From contig CM082588.2 of NCBI GenBank assembly GCA_040954595.2, positions 732,613 to 796,612 on the forward strand: a DNA stretch of 64,000 bases, given 5' to 3'. Source of the stretch: Balanoglossus misakiensis. Taxonomy: Eukaryota > Animalia > Hemichordata. The translations under genes and the position numbers were made by a program. Shown here one piece after another: positions 27,404 through 41,200 of this stretch. Below the pieces are notes generated by a model, which was not told the origin of the DNA, did not search any database, and was given only the letters and a program-made list of their open reading frames with translations. Position 1 is the stretch's first letter, and each line of letters opens with the position of its first letter.

Positions 27404-30400
27404 ATGACAACTGTCATTCCACAACAGAAGAGCGGAACGTACACGTTCGCGAGTCAGCCGCGAGCTGTTCCACAGAGAAAGAAATATAGGGATCCGATAG
27501 TACAACAGCAGCAACAACAACAGTAAGTACATGTAACATATCCGGAAAAAAATCACCGATCATAGTCATATTCCTAAATCACACAGTCACAAACCGTTAT
27601 GTATTGGCAGTATGTTTGTAAATTGATAGTGACACTGAAATTGACATGATACTGTCGCACCGGTGATCTTTGTCGAAAGTGCATCGTTTGATATTCAGAA
27701 TCACGAATTTATTCCCAAGTTATTACAAATATATCAGTGACTGGCTATACAGCTATTGTGAAATTTGTTGCAAATACTTGAATCTGCGTCCAAGCCGGAA
27801 GCATCTATGATTTCTCATTGCCACCCCTTATCTCAACACGTAACTACACAAACCTATTCAATGTTTGTTTACAACGGTTTTCCCATAGATTCACACCTCA
27901 TGTTGTCCTTGTACCTGGTTACCCTTCGGTCAAAACCGATCAGTACACACACGTGATGTTGACAACAGAAAGGCGTTTTATATTTAGCAAGAGCGCTAAG
28001 ATTCAGTCGGAAAGAGGCATACATCTTTCGTCAGAAAATGGTTTTGTTGATCAACTTTTGAAAGGTCAACAAACCAAACACATGCATGACATTGATCTTG
28101 AAGAATGAAAGGTCATTCTCTTATGTTGTCTAACAACTGTATCCATTTTTTCTTTTCTCCTCAAAGAACTGATCCCTCACAGCCATATGGCAATATTATG
28201 TACGACAGGCGTATTGTACGTGGTAACACATATGCACAGCACACTCTACCAGCAGTAAGTACTTTGTTTTTACTGAATACAGTAGAAGAAAATTATAAGT
28301 CATATAATAGTCAAACATGATGAACCCCCAGCTCATCGTATACTCAGCTGTACATAAACTATAAAACTCGAATTGTTTTCTCACAGAATGCCCAACCAGA
28401 CCCAATTGAAATCCAGAGACAACAAGAAGCCAGGAGGAGAGCAGTGGCCAGAAAACGTGCCAAGGAACAACTTCGTCCCAGGTCACCAGAACCCGTGGAA
28501 GGTCGCAAACACATTGATGTACAAACAGAACTTTATCTCGAGGAACTTAGCGACAGAGTTGAAGAAGCTGATGTTGAATGCCAAACAGATGCATTTCTTG
28601 ATCGACCACCGACGCCTCTTTTTGTTCCAGCCAAGACTGGTCAAGATGTGGCTACACAAATCTTAGAAGGAGAGGTGAGTCTTGTGCCAGTTCTCACTTT
28701 CATGCTGTCTATTGCCTACTTTTGTTGGTAACTTGAAATGATTACTTTAATGCAGACAAATGATTTTACATTTTTTCCATCCCTGCATTTCAGCTCTTTG
28801 ACTTTGATATTGAAGTCAAGCCCATCCTAGAAGTGTTAGTTGGGAAAACTGTTGAGCAAGCATTGTTAGAAGTTATGGAAGAAGAAGAATTGGCGAACTT
28901 GAGGTCTCAACAACGTGAGTTTGAAGAGCTGCGTAATGCTGAACTTGTCGAAACACAGAGACTTGAAGAACAGGAGAGGAGGCATAGAGAAGAAAAAGTA
29001 AGCAAAATATTTTCTGTCTTTAGAAGTTCACAAGATGCTGAAGAAGACTAACAATTCTGATCAAATTCTCAGCGATAGTAATAGTGTAGGAAGATATGTA
29101 ACTTTCTATGTTTTGTTTTGACTCCTTCAATAGGAACGTAGAATGAAACAACAGAGAGAAGTTCTCAAAAAGGAAAGAGAGACGGCAGAAAAGATTGCAG
29201 CAAGGGCATTCGCTCAAGCATATCTGGCAGACTTGGTGCCTTCAGTGTTTGGCACGCTCAATGACAACGGATACTTCTACGATCCAGTGGAGAGAGATGT
29301 AGAAACAGGATTCATGCCTTGGCTTATGGAAGAAGTTGAGAAGAAGATCGGAAAATCCGTCCTTTCTAGAACTGTTCTGGACTGTAAGTGCATTCTATTT
29401 TGGTGTCAGTAATATTTAGCGAGCAAAAAAGGGAATATTTGATGATTGTGATTGTGTAAGTGAATTAAAGTGAGTTTTGCCATAAACAGGTCAAATAATG
29501 GTATGTCTTGAATGTGTAATCAATCGTGTATTTTCATCTTCCCCACAGCAATCATCAGGGAAGTGGTCAAACAGAGATTTGACGCATACATGGACCACGA
29601 CCAATTGGCACAAGACGCCAACAAAGCAGCAGAGGTTGCCCAGGCTCTAGCAGATCAGCAACTCAAGTCTGATGAACAACCAGCGCCTTCAACAGCAGAG
29701 GGAGACAAACCAGCTGAAGAAACTGAAAAAACTGAGGTAGGTCATTTCATAGCAGAGATTGATTCAAGCTGTTCTCCTCTAAGCTTCCCTGTTGACATAT
29801 CATTGCCATGGAAACAATGGAATGATGTAATACTAATACAGACATAGGAAGCTTAGGGTTGAAGAGAAAGATCTAACATTAAAGTCGTACACCCTGAAAT
29901 GTAAACACAGACTGACTACTGTCTCAACAAGTACACTGTTTGAAGAATATAAAATTTGTAAGGTACACGTTTAGTGTGTTTTACTGTGTCAGGAGTTGAG
30001 ATTACATTTCTGGGTGTGTAGCAATGATTTAACATCTTTCTTGCATACACTTTGAAACTAACCTATGAGTTGTTTCATTAGGATGAAGATGAGACAGAAG
30101 GTGAGGAGGGCGATCGCGAACATGATCACGATCACCCCTCAGATGTTGAGGGCAGAGCACCATCTCAACCTCAAGCAGTGAGTACTAAACCATTGGCCAT
30201 GTCACTCTCACTGTTGACAAATCACTGAGAGAGAGAAAAGATCTCTACTCAAGCACATTCACTGCTGGGTGCGTGTTTTTTTCTGCACAGCTGTTGCCGT
30301 GGTTACACAATCAGTGGCTGGGGGTGGTATGTGCAAAAGTAATCAACGCACATCCATACTGCAAGGCAATTCTTCAGCCATGCCACCCTCCCCCACAGCC

Positions 30401-31195
30401 TTTTCACCCCTCTGTTTCTCCAGTCATAGAATGTTCCACACTGGACCATTCCAAGTAGAGAATTTAGAGGGGTGAAAGATCATTGCTTACTATTATGTTT
30501 TGATTTCTTTAGGATGGACTTTTGGAATCTCTTCTTTGTAGAAGAAATTGTCTCAACCACACACTGCTTTCAAGCATAACATTATTTTCTGTCTCATAAA
30601 TGCTACACACGTTTGATTTTTTTCTTTTCTGTCTTTTTTTCTTCAAACATGATATCTAGATTTGTAGTTATTTTAGAATATTAGCTATATTCAATGCTAC
30701 TACATTGACGATAGTTACTGGGCTTCCAATGTCATGGCTTACACCACATTGTTTATGTTCCACATGTATCTGTTGCGTTAATCAAAAGATTGTGAAACTA
30801 GCTGAGAAAGGTGGCGCAATTGACAAATTGAAGCTTTGAAATCATTATTTCAGTGTGAAATTGGGAGTGGTATGGCATGGCAAGCCTTTGGTGCTCAGTA
30901 AACTATGAAATTAAACCATTTTAATATTGCAGCTGTAACTTATAAGAATAAATTTTGAAATGCTTTCAAATGCCAGTATAATAACTGTGCTGTTAAAATG
31001 TACCATGTCTTTTCATACTGAAGTAAACATCCTTTCTTTACAGCTTATATAAGTCGGGCAAAACGTAAACACACTTTTTTTTTTCTTGTGCTGTTACAGG
31101 CTGAAGGTGGTGCAGATGAAGGAGAGGGTGCTGCTGAGGAGGGGGCAAAGGAGGAAACGGAAGAGCCGGCTGATGCAGAGGGAGAAGAAGAATAA
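27404..31195 (+). CDS. RSPH3: Radial spoke head protein 3 (8 coding exons)
   Basis: Exons are 27404-27522, 28167-28254, 28387-28674, 28794-28997, 29134-29383, 29549-29736, 30082-30177 and 31100-31195, all GT-AG and phase-compatible. Motifs YGNIMYDRRIVRGNTYA, GRKHIDVQTELYLEEL, QTDAFLDRPPTPLFVPAKTGQDVATQI and LFDFDIEVKPILEVLVGKTVEQALLEVMEEEELA are the RSP3 family signature. The C-terminal tail is acidic. Confidence 0.95.
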
Positions 31196-32750
31196 GATGG
31201 AACAGCTTTGCAAAATGCCAATGTTTTATAATATTCACTGTGGAATTTGTATCCTAAGGAACTCTGCTAAAGTTATGCATTCTTCAGGATAACATGGGAT
31301 GGGACCAACGCAAGACTTTGCAAGTCTATATACAGGGAACTCTATTATAGGCCAGAGAATGAATAAACACATTTGACTGCCAGTCAGAGGCCTTTTACTA
31401 CAGAATATTGTATTGTTTCATTTATTTCCCTTATATACTGCATTACTTGTTGAATGAAGGAAGCCCTGATGATGTTAAAATGAATTCTACCACTCATTTT
31501 AGGTGATATTACTTTTGTGTCCATTGAATTGACGCCTACCCAGAAATTAAACATATTGACTCACTATGATTTCATTCTTCAGCACAAATCGGTTTCCTGA
31601 TCGAAATATCAATATGTGTAATATAAGTATTTCTCCAATAAATCTCTGTATATAATTAATTTTCTAGTATATTTAGTGCATAATTGTAGTTGTAATACTT
31701 GATACATTTCTGTCAATACAGAAGTTGTTTTTTAACTTAATATGCAGCCGTCCATCTTAGTCCAAATATTCATCTGTTGCATCTGTTGTATTGATTTGTG
31801 ATCATGGTGCATGTTTTTCTCATTTCCTGGTTCCAACCAATGGACAATTGTCTTTCTCATTGTAAAACCACACAAATAGCCAATCAGCAGATGTTTTACA
31901 TCATGCCTGAGAATCCAATTGAAGTACATGTAACATACATCCTTATTGGTGGATCTGGAACACATATATTATGTTGTCATGACAACCTCATCCCTATTTA
32001 ATAACCAGGAGTCTAAATGTACTTCTTTTTTGATGGTAAAACAGGTTGCACAAATGTGTACATATGTTTGCTTGGAACAAAATTTTGTATGAATTACTTG
32101 TATTAAAGTTGTGACATAAAAATACAAAAGTCTTCTAGTGCCTTTGATTTGATATACATGTACTTAAAGCAGCCACAAGCTCCTGACTTTGGCACTCTGC
32201 TGTGATGTTCATGAAACACTGAATTCACACAGAATTCAGCCATGATAGTGCCTGCCTCGCAAATTTAGACAAAGAAGGTGTGAGCGACTGCTGACAGTCT
32301 AGTAACTCATGCATTCACGTATGTGAACTATCATAGAGTCTATCTCAGTGTGAGTGTGTCTACAGCCATGCCATCAATATCTAACGAATGGTCAGATTGA
32401 TGTGAAATACAGTCCACAGTTGCAGTGGTTGTATGTGTGGCTTGCAATGTAATTATTGATGGAAAACTGAAATGTCCAACTGCTCCACTGGCCAAAAGAC
32501 AAATTGATTGGTGAGCAAGATTGATGAACTTTCACGAGTCAAAAGTGAAATGATAACATGACGGTGCAATATCACCTGACCAAGGAATAGTGCCCTCTGA
32601 CCATAATATTGATGCTGCAATGCTAAAACCAAGCTGAGACAAATTAATAGTGGTGTTTTAGAGTAGTGCAACGCACAGTTGCAAAGTCTGGGCGAGTCAT
32701 AAATAGCGCCCTCAACGACTTACATAAGTTCACCAAAGTTGGAAACAAAC

Positions 32751-34156
32751 ATGGCGTCTCTTTCACAGCACCTCCGTACAAGTGTATGCAGAATATCTCT
32801 TCTTCACGGTCTACGTAACCGTGCCATAGGTTCAACATTTCAGAAATCAGTCACTAGGCGCTTGGGGTGTTCAGCAAACGTTCTTGCGAAAAAGGAAATG
32901 TGAGTGATCTTTTTTTATTCAGAGTACAGACCACACCGGCTCTGACCTGGGCACCGGTTCGTGATTCATTTCATTCACAGTCACTCGGACACAATCACGT
33001 AGGGGTGTTAACTAAAGCATTGAAAGGTCGTTCAGCGATTGTTCAATTTCTGAGTCGTACTGACCTACTTGCTTACTACAGACATGAATGTTACAGTGCA
33101 TGGGTTCCTTGTTCCAGAATCACATGACCCTAACCGTTGTAATAGATATACATTGTCTTTCATATCAGATTAATTATATAATCATTCATATTTGCACATG
33201 TGGTTAGTACATGCACGACTTCAAGAGCTGGGTCTTTTGAGAGCTAAGCATGGACGTACCAGCACGTCTATAGAGTGCCAATGTGACCTTGGATGGATTG
33301 ACCTTGTATGGACAAGGTCATTTGATTATTGTAGTACATATGCTATATCAATTACCAGCGCCTAGCTTGTTCTCATATTTAAAGAACCACTAGTCTATTT
33401 TGTAGTATTTTGTTCTACATCATACATTTCGTGATATTTTCATCGTAAACAATGAAAGTGCTTTTTCTGGAGGTTTCCTTTGTGTCACTCAGTGGACGTC
33501 AGTTTCATAATGAGCGTTTCTTTCCCACAGTGGGTGATCATGTCAGTTCCTGATTCTATTTGAATTCACAGGGTTACTATCAACTACATTCTACCAGACC
33601 AAGAGAAAGTATCGGTGAAAGCTAAGGAAGGCCAGAATCTACTAGACATCGCACTTGATAATGATCTAGACATAGATGGATATGGTAAATGTCATTCTTT
33701 CTCATGTGAATGAAATGTCTTTGTATGGTGTCTGTAAAACTGATTAGAAAGCTTACAATACCTTTCGTTTTGAGTCTTTGTAATCCTGTTTTTTCTTTCA
33801 TCAGGAGCGTGTGAGGGCACCCTAGCCTGTTCTACTTGTCATTTGGTATTCGAGAAGGAGACCTTCGAAAAGTTGCCGGAATCACCTACAGATGAAGAAT
33901 TAGATATGTTAGACTTGGCGTATGGATTAACAGATACGTAAGTGACAACATCATGATCCCACACTCCTACATTCATCATCTGATACACTTTCATTGCTAC
34001 AAACATACTTTCACAAACAGGACTTGACTTGGTTACTAATTCTTTGTGTTGTTGTTTTTCAGATCTAGACTCGGCTGTCAAATATGTGTGACGAAGGAAA
34101 TGGATGGACTCACAGTGTCAGTACCAGAATCAGTCAGTGATGCAAGGACTGTCTAG
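32751..34156 (+). CDS. FDX1: Mitochondrial 2Fe-2S ferredoxin (adrenodoxin), 4 coding exons
   Basis: Exons are 32751-32899 (Arg/Ser-rich presequence [24 protein letters not shown]..), 33572-33684 ([37 protein letters not shown]), 33805-33937 ([34 protein letters not shown]) and 34063-34156 ([30 protein letters not shown]). All four Fe-S cysteines are present. DIDG(F/Y)GACEGTLAC and DLAYGLTD are FDX1-type rather than FDX2-type. Confidence 0.95.
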
Positions 34157-35241
34157 AAGACGTGACAACTTTCTAATTTACAGAAAAACCAATTACACAT
34201 ATGTACACATTTAATGGGAAGACCTGCAACAGTCACTATACTAATCTTTCTCAATTTAGGTTGTCAACATTTTTCTGTAAAATGAAACTTGCTGAATCAC
34301 TCCAGATACATGTAAAATCATGTCAGGAATTATTTATGCTAATATCAAAAGCGTGATTGACCTTTAGTAAACAGATAACAACGAGCGAGTTTCTAATTTA
34401 ACATGTGGTTTAGTTGTCTATTTCTTGTACATGTATATAACCATTCATTTCACAAAATATAAGATTTCATTACATCGTGACTGATTTGAAAATAAGTTTA
34501 TTCCAGACTGGAGTTTGAGGAAAAGACAATTCAAGTTGTACCAAGAAAACATGATCCAAGACAAAGTGTAAATAACAATACATATGTACATGAAAAACAC
34601 AATAAATGACTGCTACTACCACCACCAAAACCTATTGCACCATGCAGAATTTAATTGAAGTTGAACTGTAAACTGAATTAGCAAGTTATATAAATTTCTG
34701 TCTCCAGCTATCACGACTGTTTTAATTTAAAGTTCCTCCAGATATTTGAACAGGTTTTGCACATTAGTGTTTGGATCCAATCGTAACTGTTAACTTTACA
34801 TCTGCTTGTATCTGTAAACTATGTGTTAATAAAGATTACAAATGGGAAAAGCCTTGGGGAGTAAACTATCTTTGGTCACTGTAAGTTTTTATACTTTATG
34901 AATTATAATCAGGACCAAACATGTGGTTATCTTTTAACATATCAATCACTAGCAATGTAATAACTTTGATGATAAATGGATGCAATAAATGGATGGCATC
35001 CTTTCATAGATGCTGCACGTATTTTATATGTGTGTACTACTCCCAGTATGTATAGGTAACTAATTCTATACCCCTCCAGTACTATCCCACAACGCACCAT
35101 GTTTCCAAGATGGCTGTGTTGTGAATATAACCCAGCTAGCAGATGACAAACTCTGACCAACAGAGAGAGGACAGAGGTTGGACGAACCATCTTTGGTTTC
35201 CCTGGCAACGCGATATTTGTCTCTAGTTATCATTCGAGTTC

Positions 35242-37562
35242 TCAAGTCCTTGGTGTGTCTTCAGATACAGGATCTTTCTTCAAGTTTCTTGGTCCGAGAT
35301 ACACAGGCTTTCGTCTGGTATACAACCCATTGAGAATGACTGAAGACGCCTCCACAGGCAGAGTTTCCCTTTTCTCTTGTTTACGACCCACTGCGTCACA
35401 TGTTGCACGACCAGTTTCTGTATTGGCTTTCCTATCTGAAATCGTCAACGAAAGGCAAATGAGTTAACTTCAGCCGTGTGATGCCTTATTATTTGTTAAA
35501 GTCACACCACCGTTCTTGCCTTCCAAAGACGTCGCTGTACGACCGAGACATTTCTAGCAGACTACTGTGTGTACTCAATTTAATCTCCAAAATGCGTTTA
35601 TATGAAACATTAGATCCTAAATAAATAAATTGCTATTTGCACATAGATTAAGAAGGTCGCGAATTTCATCTGTTGTGAGGCGTACGCGAAATCTTTCGTT
35701 TGTAAATGATTATTTAAGTAAACATTCATACAAATACATGCGCAATATTGTCAGTCTATGTTAAACCAAAAGCGAGACCAAGATGATCTCTTACATACCT
35801 TTTTGTCTTTCTTCTCTTCCCGTTACTAACAGTGTCGCATGTCGGTGCTGTGGATAGAGACCGATCTTTTCTCCTCGAATATCGATGTGAATAGTCACTT
35901 TGTTGTCTTTCACGGTGACGGTGCTGCTCGTGGGTTTGATGTGCTTCGAATTCCTGTTCATTTTTTTCGGTTTACATGTTAGAATGTTGGACTGTGTTCA
36001 ACATGCCTGAGAGATTGTCTGGCTTCGAAATCAGTTCATCTGGTTGATTAAGGGACTGACGAATATTTCCAGGTGATCTCAACCACAAAAATTCATCATT
36101 ATTTCGAATATTATGCAAGTGGTCTTCATTACATGCGTTATACATTTCACGTTGGTATATTTTAATACGAATTTCACGTTCCTTTGAAGTTTTAGACACT
36201 GTTAATACGAAGATTCTGTACCCCTTGTGAAATTTATCGCCTGTCCCTACAACGGGGCTACAGGTCATACCAACTAGTCCATCGTTTAACACTACACAAG
36301 TCTATAAATCGATAAATAACCCCAGTCACTGTGTTAGTAAGCCGGCCATTTGGCATGACAACATGTCTGAACCATAGATACACATGTATTAGTGACACCG
36401 TGTGTTTGATTCAGGTGACCTTCGATCCTCTGTTGGACTTTCAGCCCAAGGCATTGTTGTGTTCAATCTATTGACAACACGCATATATTTGTAGGGCGTA
36501 GTTACACGTACAAAAAACTGTTGTCAATTTAAGTCTATTCTTGCGGAAATATTGGAACTACAGGCAACAATCAAACTTCTAAACATGTATTTTATTCCAC
36601 GTTCAAGTATGCAATAATGTCAAGTTGGTTGTATTGCTGTTGTACAGAGTTTTTGTGCTAGTTACTGGTAGTGCGAATAATTATCAGTAGGAAATTTTAA
36701 AATCTTGAACTTTAACGGATATACAAAGACCAAATTTCAGCCTGACCTCGCCATGATGGACATGCTCCTATTATTACTTGACTTGCCTTTTCTCTATCAA
36801 AAGATCTATTGATGTTTCGACCGCAAAAGAGAGTGATTAATTCAAGCAGACATGTCCTAACCTGTCCAGAATACCAAAGTCGCTTCATAACTTGTTTGAC
36901 GAACAGGTGCGTCTGGTCAGAGAAAGCAGTGAACGCCAGAGAAGGTTTAGTTTTAAGGTCATTAAATTTCGCGTCGACGAAGTAGTTTGGGTAAGCCCTC
37001 TGGTGACCACTTCACAGGGAATTTACTTTTTTCTTTCCTTCACTTGTTCTGTTGCGCATTTTCGAGAGTTATTGTTGATGACTGTTACAACACTACACGT
37101 GGCCAGACCTTTTGTTTTTATGGGATATTATCTGGGCTGTGGTCGGCCATCTTTCTCTATCATCTCTACGCTGGGCTCGACCTTTGCTTGGGGTTTCATT
37201 TCTGCCTAGCACACAGTTCCATTTTACGAACTTCCTTGAAGTACCTTGCTGGTATGAAGTAGAAAGTTCCTCATCAATAGAACAACTTTAAATTTACAAG
37301 TTTCAAGAGAAAATGACAGAAAGATGTTACTTACATGATGTGTGCGGTGGGGGCTGCAAGTCGGGAGTAGGCACCTTCAATATTCGTCAAGTCACTTTCC
37401 ACGACTGGTGGAATATGTACATTATCTTAAACGAGTCCACCGAAACCTTGGAAAATCCAGTCCTTATCGACAGAGTCACGACCTTCACTTTCACTTGGCT
37501 GTCAGATAATCCTTCTTCAAGTTGGTGACGAATACGTCGTTGTTGTCACTACTTTCAGCCAT
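35242..37562 (-). pseudogene. Unidentified degraded spliced gene or exon-bearing element on the - strand
   Basis: An exon-like block at ~35788-36301 has an acceptor, a GTATGT donor and a frame open on both sides of a single TAA (35972-35974). Further exon-like blocks at ~37333-37562 (ATGGCTGAAAGTAGTGAC..., GTAAGT donor) and 35242-35448 carry stops or frameshifts. No recognisable domain. Confidence 0.3.
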
Positions 37563-37810
37563 GATGTTCATCCTTCAAAGACTGAGTTTCGAATGATGAA
37601 AGTGGCGCCTCACAGACCATCTGGCAAAGGAACTGACTGACAACTATCCAATCAAAATGTGTCATTCACCAGGTGTATTTTGTGAAGCTTGTGATTGGTT
37701 GATGTGATTGAGAAGTTGATTAGCATACCAAGATCACATATGTTGCCTTAATGCTACGTGTTGTTTACCGGATAATGTACTAGTGTCGTGCAATCGTTCA
37801 GATATCGTTC
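37120..37810. repeat. Triplicated segment, copy 1 (downstream of array gene 1)
   Basis: Shares long blocks such as GTCACTACTTTCAGC..ATGATG, CTATCCAATC..AATGTGTCATTCACCAGGTG..TTTTGTGAAGCTTGTGATTGGTTGATGTGATTGAG and TTAGCATACCAAGATCACA with 51542-51940 and 57925-58565. Confidence 0.85.
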
Positions 37811-38236
37811 AATTTTATTGAATCCTGACATTTGAATATTTCGTATGATTGAGATACAGACACGCATTTATACTTCTTCAAATTTTATTCAATTGGCCAA
37901 AAGGAATGCCACATCTACAACATGCATTACCAATTCCTCTCGCGATGACCATTTTGTCCATAAATTTCTCAAGTGCCACGATAAAATATTAAGTTTTAAA
38001 CGACATATGCATTAAAAATGGTTTGTAGAATTCAAAATTCATAAAATCTTGGCAAGATTCTTGGTCACTTGACCTCAACAGGCACCCGTCATCATTGTAG
38101 AAATGACAGAAACTTGTTGTCTTACTTGAATGGGCTATATCCACGCACGCTAATACCGAACACGTGGAAAACAGTAAAAGTACATGTGAATTTATATTTA
38201 AATATATTTACGGCTACTATAATTATTTCTGGTGTT

Positions 38237-41200
38237 TTATTCCGTTGATTGGAATGTGCTGAGATCCTCGGTTTCGTAGCAGCAGTTGTCAGCCGCTGGT
38301 GGCGCCATTGACGACGAATCTGAAAGAATAAGAAAACCACCTGTTAATCCTGGCCTTTATGGCTGCGAGAAAAATTCAGCTCTGGTTTACTGTGATTATT
38401 AACAAACTGCTCACCAAATTGAAAACTGGCGTGATCTGTCATACTGACTTGATATCTCTCTGCCGTGGAAGAACTCAAAGATTTCCGATTTGATTCTGGA
38501 AAGAAAAACACCAAAATAAGATATCATGCCAAGGCTTGATTAGTTATCTAATTAGTTAATTCCCGTCAACATGCCGGCAACATAAAAAGGAAAATAGATA
38601 CATAGACAGGCAGACAGAGCTCGAGAAATAGAGAATTACTTGCACTTAAAAATAGTCGTAAGAGCGAATGTAGAAACTGAACTCAGGTAGACTTTCAAAC
38701 AGCAAAGAGGCAAGACGGATCACTCACCTGTTGTGTCATATTCCGCCTTGTGACATGCGCAGCGTCTTCTCCATTGCTTCTGCACTTCTTTGTTCAAAAG
38801 ACAATGGAATATAAAGATGAAGAGTCCCTGTAGACTGTTGAATATGGCGAACAGATAACTGAAGAGCAACCGAGCTTCACCAACAGCGAATATGGCGAAC
38901 ACCCACGTCAGACCAAGGAGTACCATCAACCCGAAAGCCGCCCTCAACTGAGCCTTGAGATCGAACCTTTCGTTTATAGTCATCGCCTTGGAGTTGAGCC
39001 CGCATATTTTATAAACAACGATACAGTAGATGAATGTGTTGAAGATGAGAATTAGACACAGAGGAGCCAGGAATGCACCGTAGAATGGGTACCTTGACAA
39101 CCAGCAGCTGAAAAAGGTGGAAATAAACTCAAGTTAAATTACTTCCGTCATCATCATTCGTATTTTCATGCATAGCCGGGGAGAAATTATCGTATTTAAT
39201 CTCTCCGATATCATCAAGGTTCTTAAATAGGATTTTATACATGGGCCGAAATTCTTGGCCACCGCCTTCCACCACCGCGGCCACCATCCCGGGATGTGGG
39301 GGGTTCTGTGAAGTCTATTACTACTTACATTCCAATAATTATTCTTTTTTTGTACTTACAACATGCTGTAGTATCCGTAGTTCTCGGTATCCACGGCAAC
39401 TGTAACCACGGTTACGATAAGAGGTATGCCTGTCGATATAAAATGACCAGAATGAAAGTCCACTCGGTATGAGAGTGAGAGAGCAACTTACTCATTGAAA
39501 CAAAGCTCATAATTTTCAAATTCAAAAGTAACTCACCCCATCCAATGAGACAGAATTTGGTCATAAAATGTGAAATGTACGTCTTGAAAACTTTGATCAG
39601 AAGTAGATACATATGAACTGCTTCTAAAGCCATCCAAACAAAGACAGCCAATGCAAAGTAGTGTAACAAAACAGCCAGGGTCGTACAAAGCTCGGGTATG
39701 ATTGGTGCAAAGTCCACGACGATTGCATTGACCAGGAAAAGCAGTAACGTCATGAATAATGCAAAACACAGGTTTATCATGATCTTCGCTTGTTTTTCTT
39801 TCCTCCTCCTACGAATATAGAAAATACAATATTCTTGAAACGGTACGGAATCTGGGTACTATTTCAAATACATGTATGCAACAGAAAGTATGCGCACAGC
39901 TCTTGGTAGAACGTCAATTGTGTGTCAAACTCATATCGTGATTATACATGTCACCATAGTTACCAGCAAAATATGAAATTGAGGAGCGTCAAGGTCAGGG
40001 CTAGGAGGGAGATTCCACAACCAATGTAGGATATGAATGTTAAAGCCATCTGGTTGGCCTGATCGATGTCGTCACTTCCGCCATATACATCCTGTGGGAA
40101 CAATATGGAGGACAATGTGTGAATGAACCAGTCTTGGGCGACGATATTAATAGAACAAGAAGTCTCATGATAGACAGAATAAACCATTTAAAAAAACAGA
40201 GTCTTACCAGAAGGAGAGCAAAATGTGTCAGATGATCACAATGACAAACGGTGACATTTCCGAAACTCGACTCTTCCATGGACACAGCACAACCACTGCT
40301 TGACCATCCTCCATTGCCTTCTGTCAAATCAAATCAAAAGACATTCTCATTACATTCTGACCCTAACAAGTAAAATCAGATCAAATCCAGCAAAGCCAAA
40401 TTGGACACACATACATACTTTTTATAAAGCAACTTTTGGAATGTGTAAGCTACGAACAGTCAGTATGGTAAGAACCAAGAGGCGACAACGTTAAGAAAAC
40501 GACAAAATCTTACCATTTTGGGAAAAGTCCCAGAAAACACACGAAGGGTCGTCCTGAGGGATCTAAATATTAAAGACAGTGTTCAAGGCTGTGATAATAG
40601 AAACACCGTAAACATATATGCTGGTATTAACAATCGATTAATATGGACAATTTAACAGAAAAGTTGAAACTCTGGAAGAATTGATGTAACTCACAGTACT
40701 AAATGCTTTTTTAAACGTCATTAAAACAGGCTCCGCCAAGTTCTTGATTTCTAAATCACCGATACTGGCAGCGATGACTGGACCACTTAGCCGACTGAAT
40801 GGAAATGAATTATTGTCGTTCTCCGTGCTGTTTGTCGAGAATGAATCCACAATGGCCTGTGTAAAGAAGATCAAAATGAGACGATGCACCATCCATCCAT
40901 CCATCCACACACACACACACAATTTCTCGCTGTAAATTGTGCTGTGTATTCCGAACCAGTGCAATATCAGTAACGATAAGATCCGCAATCACAAATTACA
41001 AATGAAATTTCAGAAGAATCAAGTTTACCTGAAAAAAGGCATTTGAACGATAAGAAATAAACTGCGCAGTCTCAAAACTATTCCCCGAATTCAGGAGCGA
41101 TGCTGGGAGGGATATTTCAGATTCCAAATTCTCCTTCGGTAGTTCTTCACTTCTTGAGAAAGCACTCTGACGATAAAAAAGAGGTTCGTAACAACATATT

